DNA of 64,000 nucleotides. Origin: Octopus sinensis. Taxonomy: Eukaryota. Below are positions 1 to 11,472 of the stretch, piece by piece. How positions within the stretch are numbered: the stretch's first letter is position 1; each line of letters begins with the position of its first letter. The position numbers and the translations under genes are program-made. Under the pieces are notes generated by a model. That model had not been told where the DNA came from. It searched no databases and saw only the letters and a program-made list of their open reading frames with translations. The stretch spans positions 39,060,001 through 39,124,000 of the forward strand of contig NC_043013.1 in the NCBI RefSeq assembly GCF_006345805.1, read 5' to 3'.

Positions 1-487
1 CAGTTCTTCTTCATAATCAAGGGCTTTGTTTCAGGAGAATACCAAGGGACAATTCTCCCCCACACACACTTTTCAGGGACAGAGGACAAACCATCTTTTG
101 TTCCCCCTACTTTTTCCCAATTTAAAAAACCAAAAACAATCCCACTAACATGTTGTACATATGTATAATACATATTTTTACATGTAAGGATCTTTTCGGT
201 TTAAACGGCAGTTTTTAACATAATTTCTAGGTAACTAAAAAATTTTAAACTTCCTATACTGGTGGAATGTGTTTATAAAACATCATTTTCTCTTGGCTTT
301 CTTGAGAAACTTCTGTAGTTTGTAACATATTTGGTCTTTAATTTCTTGCATTTCGGCAATTTTAAGATTTTAAGATTTACCTACGACAAATCTCTAAAAT
401 TGCGATGTCTGTTTTATATTATGAAGACAATATTTATATTAAGTCTTAAAATGTCCTAAATGTAAAATAATCCCAGTAAAAGTAGTA

Positions 488-504
488 ATGTGTGTGTGTG
501 TATG

Positions 505-537
<33 letters not shown>

Positions 538-561
538 TATTGTGTGTGTGTGGTGTGTGTG

Positions 562-620
<59 letters not shown>
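488..620. repeat. (TG)n/(TA)n compound microsatellite
   Basis: Direct reading; explains the low-complexity ORFs 446-778 and 488-688. Confidence 0.95.
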
Positions 621-623
<3 letters not shown>

Positions 624-989
624 AAAAAGCTCATTTGAAAAAGGTGGTGGTTTTTATAAGTGCTGTGATCAATGAAAATATTGTCTGAGACGTTAACAAT
701 TGCGGATGTTATTATACTACGGAAAAATGGAAGCAGCTGAAATTCTAGAGCAGAAAATAAAATTATTTGCATTTCCATTGTGAGTTTGATAAATAATGTA
801 TTGTTTATTTATTTGTATTCACTGTAGGAGACAAAGTACTAGGCTTACAAAGAATAAGTCCTGGGGGCGATTTGCTCGACTAAAGGCGGTACTCCAGCAT
901 GGCCAAAGTCAAATGACTGAAACAAGTAAAAGAGAAAGGCAATTGATCATGTTGTTTCTGGCTGCCTTGTCCTCACTGAAAAGGAGTAC

Positions 990-1566
990 CTCATGAGACA
1001 TGACAGACGAGGGCAGTACATCCACTGGAATGATTGTAAATACTACAAAATTAAATCCCATGATAAGTGGTACAGGCACCATCCTTTGGAACTTCCCAAT
1101 ACAAACAGACAGAAAAATAGACTCCACTCGATTAGACATTGTGATCGAGGACTACAACAGAGGAACTTGTCTGTTAATAGATATGTCAGTCCCACAAGAT
1201 CAAAATGTCTGAAGAAAAGAATACGAAAAGTTTTCTCAATATAACGATCTGCAAACTGAAATCACAAAAATGTGGAAGCTTAGTACTACGATAGTACCAG
1301 TGGTAATTGGTGCATTGGGAATGATAAAGAAAGGAGCTAGAAGTATATTCAGCAACTGTCTGGTAACTGCAATTTCCATGAACTGCAAAAGATAACTTTG
1401 ACGGGTACAGCCCATATACTGCGGAAAGCACTCGCCATCTAAAATGGAATAAATGCGGTGATAATTTTAGCATGCATTGCAAGACAAAAGTGCCCTCGAT
1501 ACTCTTGGCCTCTGGAGGATGCCCGGTACTAAGGCAGCTGAAATAAAGTTATAATGGAAAGAAACT

Positions 1567-1610
<44 letters not shown>
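990..1610 (+). mobile_element. 3' fragment of an RLE-type (R2/R4/Dong-like) non-LTR retrotransposon, degenerate
   Basis: Translates to ILWNFPIQTDRKIDSTRLDIVIEDYNRGTCLLIDMSVPQDQNV*...KMWKLSTTIVPVVIGALGMIKKG...TGTAHILRKAL (PD-(D/E)xK-type endonuclease C-terminus); followed by a (TAA)n tail at 1568-1610. Confidence 0.85.
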
Positions 1611-1611
<1 letters not shown>

Positions 1612-1990
1612 TTCTACTGAAAGCACAAGGCCTCAAATTGGGGGAAAGGATAGGGTCGATTACATCGACCCAGTACTCAACTGTACTTAATTATCAATGC
1701 CGAAAGGCAAAGTCGACCTCGACGGAATTTGAACTAGTGGCAGACAAAATAACTATTTCTTTACTGCCCACAAGGGGCTAAACACAGAGAGGACAAACAA
1801 GACAAGGTCAGACAAATGGATTAAGTCGATTATATCGACCCCAGTGCGTAACTGGTACTTATTTAATCGACCCCGAAAGGATGAAAGGCAAAGTCGACCT
1901 CGACGGAATTTGAACTCAGAACGTAACGGCAGACGAAATACCGCTAAGCATTTCGCCCGGCGCGCTAACGTTTCTGCCAGCTCGCCGCCT
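1612..1990 (-). mobile_element. tRNA-derived SINE family B, dimeric copy
   Basis: Head ggcggcgagctggcagaaacgttag...gagttcaaattcc; body gtcgactttgcctttcatcctttcggggtcgat. Further copies near 2528-2760, 6505-6740, 20375-20588, 25105-25335, 30225-30680, 37605-38670, 40790-41005, 45770-45972, 46465-46622, 53755-53935, 59340-59890, 62360-62560. Confidence 0.85.
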
Positions 1991-2865
1991 GAAGAAGAAG
2001 AAGAAGAAGAAGAAGAAGAAGAAGATCCTTCTTAATGATGCTACTTAATAATGTAATCCAAATCAATAAAAAATATTGCAAAATTACTTGTTTGTGGAAA
2101 GACAATATTTGACATTTTTTTAATGGCAAATTAATGTATTGTGTTCATTAATCAATAGAAATAGAGAGTGGAGTCTATTGAAAAGAAGAAAAACAATCGA
2201 ATGCATCGATCGTATATAATGTGCCGTGCTCAATCAATTGGAAAAATCACTGACTCTACTTCGTGTATTGAAATACGATCGAATGCTCAGAAGTGTATAT
2301 GTATGTATAGATAGATTTTAGTCAATATAAAAGCGAGATGAAACGAAGTGCACAGTTAATAAAAGTTGATTTATGTCTAACAAATTTATGACGAACAAAC
2401 GTATTACAGCGAGAAATTAGCCAGGTCTACTACGAAAATATTTCATGAAAAACTGTAACTTCGATGTAAGTAAAACCACAATCATGGAATAAATAGGGCC
2501 AAATTAAGATTGTATTTAACCATTCATAAGGCGGTGAAGTGGTAGAATTGTTAGTACGCTGGGCAAAATTCTTAGCAGTATTATGTCTGTCTTTACGTTC
2601 TGAGTTCAAATTCCACCGCGGTCGACTTTACCTTTTATCCTTTCGGGATCAATAAAGGGTCAATAAAATAAAGTAACAGTTGAACACTGAGGTCGATGTA
2701 ATCTTCTCAGTCTCTCTCCCAAATTGCTGGTCTCGTGCCAAAATTTGAAATCTCTATTTTAACATCCTTGGCAAAGGTGCTAGGAGCCCGATCAATGCCC
2801 TTTCCAGACACTGCTGCTACATTCCTGGTGTAGAGTCTCACAAATAACGGTACTATTCTATATTA

Positions 2866-3380
2866 TAAAGATGAGGAATTTGTACATTATTAACAATGGA
2901 CGATAGATGTCCTCACTTTATTGTTACCACAACGTTTCGGCCGATTTACTCTCCAACCTTCATCAAGAGTTCTGGTGGAATTTCGAACGCAACTCTTTAT
3001 TTGACTAATGGAGTACTCGGCTTTCTTTCCTAAGTTTTTTTTTTTTTTTGCTGATGCTATTTTTTGTTAATATTATTTCTCAAGCCCCTACCTGAGATAT
3101 CCCTACGGGCATATAGCGTAGTGGATAAGAGCACGGGCTACTAACCCTCCGATTCTGAGTTCAGTTCCAGGCTGGGACTTGAGAAACAATATCAACAAAT
3201 GATAACAACAGCAAAAAAAAAAAAAAGAATACCTTAGGAATGAGAACAGAGTGCCTCATTATTCAAATAAAGGGTTGGGTTCGAAATTCCATTAGAACAC
3301 CCGATGAAGGCTGGAGAGTACGTCAACCGAAAAGTTGTAGTAACAACAAACAAGGTTAGGAAACCTATCCGTCCATTTTA
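2866..3380. mobile_element. Foldback pair of tRNA-headed hammerhead-bearing element (family D), locus 1
   Basis: Left arm is the reverse complement of the right arm; Pol III A box TAGCGTAGTGG at 3114-3124; decayed HHR at 3296-3341. Confidence 0.8.
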
Positions 3381-3695
3381 AATCATGGCCCTATTTTCAT
3401 AACATTTAGAGATTAAGAGATAAAACCTCCTCGACACCAAGATATTGAAGGTCGGGTCGTACTCGAATAATTGTTTCTGATTTTAACCCAAGACCAATAA
3501 TTTTGAGGGGAAAGGGGTTAGTCAATATTATCGACCCCATTAATTAATTGACTCGTAATATAAAGAGAGTAAAGACCCAAAAGCACCCCTGAAATACACG
3601 ATACCATTTAAAATCTATTCTGCAATCTGGGATTAATATATCCAGTGATTTTAAGAAGTATGGAAAAGATATTTTGTTTTAATATTATACTTTTA

Positions 3696-3837
3696 CTTAC
3701 ATTATTTACATTCGACGGATATTTGTCCTCATCTTGTTTGTTAACATAACGTTTCGGTTGATATACCCTCCAGCCTTCATCAAGTGTCTTGGGGAAATTT
3801 CGAACCTGGGTTCTCATTCCAAAGGTATTTTTCGATA

Positions 3838-3895
<58 letters not shown>

Positions 3896-3934
3896 TGTTG
3901 TTGTTATTGTTCAGGTCACTGCTTGGAATCGAAC

Positions 3935-3966
<32 letters not shown>

Positions 3967-4203
3967 TAATAATAATAATAACAATAATAATAATAATAAT
4001 AATAATATAATAATAATAATAATAATAACGTCGAAAAATACCTTAGGAATGAGAACCCAGGTTCGAAATTTCCCCAAGATACATGATGAAGGCCGGAGGC
4101 TATATCAGCCGAAATATTGTGTTAACAACAAACAAGATGAGGACAAATATCCGTCGAATGTAAATAATGTACATAATTCTTCATCTCTTAAATATAGAAC
4201 TGT
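3696..4203. mobile_element. Foldback pair of family D element, locus 2
   Basis: Arms 3696-3935 and 3936-4203 are inverted copies with (TTA)n facing (TAA)n; decayed HHRs at 3743-3788 (-) and 4078-4123 (+). Confidence 0.85.
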
Positions 4204-4638
4204 ATACTTTTACTTGTTCCACACACACACCCGCCCACACACACACACTAACGTTTATTTTAGAAGAATTTTGTATCATTCTTTATCTCTCGTGCCCAGA
4301 CTTCGTTACCACTAATTTTTATAACTTTAGCATTTTCCCTTATTCTTTTCAATGTTTGTGTGTATGTATGTACACATGTACGTATCTTAGTGTTTATCAC
4401 AACACGCCCAATAACCGGTGTTGGTCTGTTTACCGTAAATTAGCGGTTCGGCGTAAATCGATAAAATACACACCAGACTTGAAAAATAAACGATAAGTGG
4501 TAACAATTGTCACTCTTATGTAATCTCCACACTCGAAAACGTATTTCTGCAAAATATTATCTATTATATAAGGGTAAAGAAAGAAACACCAAAAATACAT
4601 TTTTCTCGGGAAAATGGTGGGTGGGTGGGTGAAATTTC

Positions 4639-4641
<3 letters not shown>

Positions 4642-4671
<30 letters not shown>

Positions 4672-4995
4672 ATAGTAGTAGTAGTAGTAGTAGTAGTTAG
4701 TAGCAGCAATAGTAGTAGTAGTAGTAGTAGTAGTAGTAGAAGTAGTAGTAGTAGTAGTAGCAGCAGCAGCAGTAGTAGTAGTAGTAGTAGTAGTAGTAGC
4801 AGCAGCAGCAATAGTAGTAGTAGTAGTAGTAGTAGTAGTACTGGCAGCAGCAGCAGCAGCAGTAGTAGTAGTACTGGCAGCAGCAGCAATAGTAGTAGTA
4901 GTAGTAGAAGTAGTAGTAGTAGTAACAGCAGCAGCAGCAATAGTAGTAGTAGTAGTAGAAGTAGTAGTAGTAGTAGAAGTAGTAGTAGTAGTAGT

Positions 4996-5048
<53 letters not shown>

Positions 5049-5090
5049 CAGCAGCAGCAGCATAGTAGTAGTAGTAGTAGTAGTAGTAGT

Positions 5091-5122
<32 letters not shown>

Positions 5123-5123
5123 T

Positions 5124-5155
<32 letters not shown>

Positions 5156-5215
5156 TAGTAGTAGTAGCAGCAGCAGCAGCAATAGTAGTAGTAGTAGTGT
5201 AGTAGTAGTAGTAGT

Positions 5216-5253
<38 letters not shown>

Positions 5254-5279
5254 TAGTAGTAGCAGCAGCAGCAGCAGCA

Positions 5280-5312
<33 letters not shown>

Positions 5313-5378
5313 AAGCAGCAGCAGCAGTAGTAGTAGTAGTAGTAGTAGTAGTAGCAATAGTAGTAGTAGTAGTAGTAG
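4642..5378. repeat. ~740-bp compound (AGC)n/(AGT)n trinucleotide array
   Basis: Direct reading; source of the poly-L/T/Y/C/A ORFs. Confidence 0.97.
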
Positions 5379-5774
5379 ACGAACCTATAAGCCGTATGTG
5401 TCGGTCTATAAATGAATGAACGTAGGACGGCTGTGATTTACACATATTTTCTACATTCCGGTACTTCGTAGTCATTTTAGTTTTCAGTCCTTAATTACCT
5501 CCCTTTGAACGCTCTACCGCTTATTTTCCAATCGATGTTGATTTAATGCTCCAACAACTTTCAAGGATTGATAATAAAATATTCACAAACCAAGAACTGG
5601 AATTGATTTAGTCAGCCATATCACTTTTGCTTCACACACGTAATACAAAGAAACTTAATCCGTGGTGAACTGATTTAATCGGCAAAAAAGCAATGCAGTA
5701 TTTATTCTGGAATTTTATATTCTGAGTTCATTAGATCATACTAAGTGCCAGTTAAATATAAGAGATTAGTATTA

Positions 5775-6145
5775 ACAAGTGGTTAAGGGCAGCGTACTCG
5801 CGGTCGTAGGATCGCAGTTTCGATCCACAGACCGGCCGTTGTGAGTGTTTATTGAGCGAAAATACCTAAAGCTCCGCGAGGCTCCGGCAGAGGGTGGTAG
5901 TGAACCCTACTGTATTCTTTCACCACAACTCTCTCTCACTCTTTCTTCGTGTTTCTGCTGTACCTGTATTTCAAAGGGCCAGCCTTGTCACATTCTGTGT
6001 CACGCTGAATCTCCCCCGAGAACTACGTTAAGGGTACACGTGTCTGTGGAGTGCTCAGCCACTTGCTCGTTAATTTCACAAGCAGGCTGTTCCGTTGATC
6101 GGGTCAACTGGAACCCTCGTCGTCGTAATCGACGGAGTGCCACGA
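5775..6145 (+). mobile_element. tRNA-derived SINE family F
   Basis: tRNA-like head (gtggttaag...gtttcgatcc); reverse-orientation partial copies at about 49165-49310 and 57880-58117. Confidence 0.7.
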
Positions 6146-6854
6146 GTATAAACAACTGGGCTCTCTGTGTCTGAGTCAGAAATGGTTATCTTTTTAAAGG
6201 GACGACCGAGAAAAACCGTTAGTGTATCGAACAAAATGCTTTGCGGTATTTCTTCCGATATAAGGACTTAACTTAACCCTCATTTCGAGTTGAAAACCGG
6301 GGATAAGTTGAAATCGATTTCATCCTACGTAATCCTAGAAAACTTCAAGAGATTTTATCCTATCGGGAGGTAAACTGAAACATGAGTGAGGGCGGGGAAT
6401 CTGAAATCGCAACACCGGCTCTTGACATTCTGAGGTCAAATTCCACGTAGTATTCTATTCATTTCCCTATTCATATAATATAATGTTTATACTATAAACT
6501 GACGGCGCTCCAGACGGTGAGCTGACAGAATCGTTAACCAGCCGGGGGAAATGCTTAGCGGCATTCCATTCGTCTTTTCGTTCTGTGTTCAAAATTCCGC
6601 CCAGGTCGACTTTGCCGTTAGCGATTCTTCAGTGATTCAGCCGATACTATTGACTCTAGTATTTGACTTGTATTTTATTTTATCCACACTGCAAGGTTGA
6701 AACTCGGCGAAATTTCAACTCAAAATGTAAACAGCCGGAATATATATACACCAAGACATTTTCTTTTCGGTGCGTCAGGTATTCTCGTGTAATACCATCG
6801 ACTCCGATATTTGGCTGGTATTTTATGTTGTTATAATTATTCAATAATTTCTAT

Positions 6855-6953
6855 GAGTGAGTGTCATTTCTCTCGACATCTCTGAGAATAAGGTTCTTCC
6901 CATATAAATGTTTCATTCACTGGATCGTCAATTATAGGCTCTGCCTCAAACAT
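6855..6953. repeat. 99-bp segment duplicated at 8472-8570
   Basis: Both copies start gagtgagtgtcatttctctcgacatctctgagaataagg and end aaacat; about 90% identical by eye. Confidence 0.9.
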
Positions 6954-7299
6954 CTTTAAGTCCTTTAGAGACACTGTATTTCACAAATTCAAAGAAACTG
7001 AGCTTTGTGAGTGGTGGTGGGCAGAATCCCAGTAGATATTCATGGGCCCTTCCTTTGCAATACGAGTTCTCTCATAAGCCCCGTCCCCGATCCACTTATC
7101 TTTCCTCTATTCATCGTATCCAAGCCCTACCCCAATCACCGTGACCCTTCTTACTGCGCAGAACGTTGGTCCTCTGGGATTTCTTCCCTGCTTATATTTT
7201 TCCAGCGGGCATTGATTTGGAACGATTCAAAAGGGACATTAATGCCATCATTCTTGCTAGTCTAAGAGTGCATTAGAAGTGTGGTAAATACACTGTCGT

Positions 7300-8105
7300 C
7301 TAAATTATATTTACCAAAATTACATAAAAATATCTTGAAATACTAGAGAGGAAATTTATTCAATAAATTCGCCATTAGCTTCAACCACGACCTCCAGACA
7401 ACTTCGGAATCTCCTGCAGCTCTTCTTGATGGTCTCCTTGTTCAAGTTGGTGAATGCTGCCATAATCCTTGCCTTCAGTTCATCTTTGGTGTTACAAGGA
7501 GTTTTGTTGGTCTCTTGCTCAACTGCGCCCCACACATAATAATCAAGGGTGTTGCCGTCTGGGGACTTAGGTGGCCAGATGTTAGGTGTGATGTGATCGC
7601 AGAAATTGTCTCACAGCTATTACTGGGTTCTCCGGCTTGTGTGTCATGGTGTAAAGTCCTGTTGCCAGACCTAGGGTCTTCCAGCAGCCACTCTCTTGAC
7701 CCAGGGCAGCACTACCTCCTCTAGGTACTTGATGTAGACCTCCGTGTTGAGGCTGAGAACGTGTGGGAAGATGAATAGAGGCATAACATCGCCATCACTA
7801 GTGATAACTCTAAGCACCATGATGTTGACTGGATGTTTGATTTTTATCACTCTCGGTACATATCCTCAGATTGACACCCAAACACTCTGAAATGTTCGTA
7901 CTGGAGATTCCAGCGCGAATGCCAAACAGTACAATGTGTTTCCAAATTTCTGGCAGAGTGAACTGCGTCATGGTGCTGTTTTTTTTTTTTTCACAGGGGC
8001 GTGCCCAATTGACCCTACTATACTGTGTAGTCGATAAAATCGAAAACAATGTGCATGCACGAAATTAAAAATATAAAATGGCGACAATTTACTCATCGCA
8101 CCCTG
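7300..8105 (-). mobile_element. Degenerate Tc1/mariner (DD37D, maT-type) transposon
   Basis: Minus strand reads IKHPVNIMVLRVITSDGDVMPLFIFP...VWQQD-37 aa-NTLDYYVWGAVE...EANGEFIE* with several stops; terminal cagggtgcga with flanking TA at about 8100-8107. Confidence 0.9.
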
Positions 8106-8247
8106 TATATAGCCAGTAATTCAAGAATCAGAAACAGAAGTTATAGAGCAGTTGAGTATTTAGAGAAAGATTGTTATGGCCGATTCATAGGGTTAGCCAG
8201 GATTTGGCTTCCATAAAGCGCTTAGCTTTACACTCTCTCACACACAC

Positions 8248-8338
8248 ACGTACGTACGTACGTACGTACGTATGTATGTATGTATGTATGTATGTATGTA
8301 TGTATGTATGTATGTATGTATGTATGTATGTATGTATG
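8248..8338. repeat. (CGTA)n/(TGTA)n tetranucleotide microsatellite
   Basis: Direct reading. Confidence 0.95.
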
Positions 8339-9405
8339 TTTCTGTATCAGTTAATGAATGACAAAAGATTTGGGGTTACGTTATCACCTTCGTTATAAGA
8401 ATTTATCAGCTGTTCTCCTCATGCCATTCCCTATTACACGAAGACTAATATTCCACTTAATCTAGCTAGAAGAGTGAGTGTCATTTCTCTCGACATCTCT
8501 GAGAATAAGGTTCTTCCTATATAAATGCTTCATTCACTAGATCATCAGTTATAGGCTCTGCTTCAAACATTGTTTAGAATTATGAAACTCGTAATAAATG
8601 ACACCAGGAATTAAAACAAGTACTACTTGAAATACAACGTCGATCAATGATAATAGACAACCGAATAAAACGAGCCGAATCAATAGATATTCAAGAACTA
8701 TGAAAAACAAACAAAAGCACTTCAGAGACGTCCACTACTCTCCTCGACCCTTTATTACATCTATAGAAGGATAGGTTGTATTCCATATAATGTGACTCTA
8801 CTCAGAAGGCTGTAATATCATTTGACAGGAAACCTGGTATAAAGAATACATAAACAAGGCTGTGACTTTACTTACCTTTAATATGGCCACACGTACCTGC
8901 ACAAACTGAATGATAAGCGAAAATGGTTTGATACGTGGAGGTCATGGTCTTCTGTGTGTCAGCTCCTTTCTGCTACTGGCCTGTGGTGAGAGAGAGAGCC
9001 AGTTAGGTTACGTCTTCACAGTCTCATGTCACGACGCAGAAAGAGAAAGTCCTAAGGCCTCATGCCAGAATCTTACACTCTAAGGCCATCCAGTGCCAGT
9101 TTGTTTAAACCCACTGTCAAGGGGGGTAACCACGCTTACACAACTGACAACCTCCACAAAACACAGAAGTTAACATTATCCACCAGATTATGCTTGTACT
9201 GAGACAAAACCCAGGGATGAAACAAGCATTCGAAATACTCGGGATAATCAAAATCCCTCAAAATACTACTCACCAGTGCTAAATTATATTCCACGAACCC
9301 CACACCAACAGTCAAAAAGCGTGGTTGCCCAAACTGCGGTACTTGCATCAACTTCACTGAAGACAAAACATAAACTTGAATTGGGACAATTTGTTACCAT
9401 AAATA

Positions 9406-10005
9406 GGCGCAAGAGTGGCTGTGTGGTAAGTAGCTTGCTTACCAACCACATGGTTCCGGCTTCAGTTCTACTACGTGGCACCTTGGGCAAGTGTCTTCTA
9501 CTATAGCCTCGGGTCGACCAAAGCCTTATGAGTGGATTTGGTAGATGAAAGCTGAAAGAAGCCCGTCGTATATATATATACTCATTATCTTTTATTAAAC
9601 TTTTAATACTTTTGATATATATTTAAAAAAATAATATAAATTAATAATTTTATGTATTGGCTTATGTTTTTCATTGTTTGATTTGCCTAATAGTGGTTTT
9701 ATCTCTAATTTAATATAATATAATATAATATATTTATACTATAAAATTGGATTTAATCCTAAATCTGATTTTTCCCTGTAAGTTTGGATTTATTCCCTAA
9801 TATTTTATTATATATATATATATATATATGAGTGTGTGTGTGTTTTTGTCCCCCAACATCTCTTGACGACTGATGCTTGTGCGTTTGCGTCCCGTATCGT
9901 AGCGGTATTAGGCTTACAAAGAATAAGTCCTGGGGGCAATTTTCTCGACTAAAGGCGGTGCTCCAGCATGGCCGCAGTCAAATGACTGATGCAAGTAAGA
10001 GAATA
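9406..10005 (+). mobile_element. tRNA-derived SINE family A (internal TA/TG microsatellite; AT-rich insert in this copy)
   Basis: Head ggcgcaagagtggctgtgtggtaagtagcttgcttacc...ggttcagt; ccttgggcaagtgtctt core; tail ggccgcagtcaaatgactga. Other copies near 840-935, 11995-12152, 12590-13050, 25868-26290, 31935-32232, 46615-46750. Confidence 0.85.
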
Positions 10006-11079
10006 AAAGAATAAAGAAATTTTACCGGTTCGTCAAAAATTAATAAATGTTATCAAATGTAAAGGACGTAACGAGGATTCCAAGATTCAAACAAAATTTA
10101 CTCTCATTAAAAGACTGTCTATTTATTATCAACAAATACGAGATCTCAGTATTAGACAGATCTCACTGAGAGTACACATAGACATAGTTGCAAAATATAA
10201 ATCTCCCAAATTCCAAGTCTTCCCATTTTACATGGATAAATAAATAAAATATATTCAAACAAAAATACAAACCACGGCTGGATAAAACTTTAACAAAGTA
10301 CTTTCACCAACAACTATTCCCGCATAAACACATTCTGCCATTTGACACAGCCAACATTACTTCTCCTGCAATAAATAAGTTCCAAAAGTGTTCCCGCTTT
10401 GCTTTTATTCAAACAATACTATAATTCAAATACGAATAATTAGAGAAAATATATTTACACAAAAATACAAACCACGACTGAAATGACATTAACAAACCAC
10501 ACAAGCACTAACTCACAGATAATAAAGGAGAGCTAACAAAATTTAATGAGTGCACGCAAACAATTTCTGTCTACTTTACTATTCGACATATTAAAGGGCC
10601 TTGATTGTCTGAGACTGTCACTAGAAACATTCACTCGACCGTGACAACTTTAACTTTCGGCACAAAAATATTGTCACATGACATCAACGACGGACGTAGA
10701 GGGGAAGATACAAGCATTTCTAAGCCTAATTACCTCACCATCATCTGCCAATCAAACTGTATCTTAAACAAATTCTTATTTGAGTCATATACTCTCCATA
10801 AAAAGAAAATTTTCGAACTCCAGTCAGAAGCAAGACCATTGCTACGTAGCCTATGGCCTTTCAATCTCACTTAACATTCGAAAATCAAAAATCTGTGAAA
10901 CCGTGTAAGCCTTTAAAAATAAACCATCTAAGATTCCTAGTGCATTTTAAACTTCTTTATATATATTTAGGGACCAGCTACAGCAACTGAGAAGATTCGA
11001 AACCGAATCCACAGTTTTATTAATTGTCAGATAAATTTCCGGTCTTTCTGCCCTTGGAAATTAATGAGGATTCTTTTCT

Positions 11080-11472
11080 ATTCTAATCTAGGCACAAGGC
11101 CCTAAATTTTTGGGGAGGGGGCCAGTCAATTAGATCGACACCAGTACGCAACTGGTACTTAATTTATCGATCTCGAATGGATGAAAGGCAAAGTCGACCT
11201 CGGCGGAATTTGAACTCAGAACATAAAGACAGACGAAATAACTATTTCTTTACTACCACAAGGAGCTAAACACAGAGGGGACAAACAAGAACAAACAAAC
11301 GGATTAAGCCGATTATATCGACACCAGTGCGTAACTGGTACTTAATTTATCGACCCCGAAAGGATGAAAGGCAAAGTCGACCTCGGCGGAATTTGAACTC
11401 GGAACATAACGGCAGACGAAATACGGCTACGTATTTCGCCCGGCATGCTAACGTTACTGCCAGCTCGCCGCC
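11080..11472 (-). mobile_element. SINE family B, dimeric copy, CpG-intact
   Basis: Two head-to-tail monomers; the second lacks the tRNA head and ends in aggccttgtgcctag. Confidence 0.85.

Noticed and set aside
3107-3180. Functional tRNA gene (ACT anticodon-like loop)
   Set aside because: A and B boxes are present but the acceptor stem cannot form; it is the head of a repeat. The same holds for SINE A, B, F and G heads.
4430-5475. Long ORFs of 161-303 aa (poly-L/T/Y/C/A)
   Set aside because: Translations of the AGC/AGT triplet array; no protein-like content or splice context.
10560-10960. Possible CR1-type LINE C-terminal relic on the minus strand
   Set aside because: Only a faint resemblance (KGHRL...FFLWRV) with many stops; insufficient.
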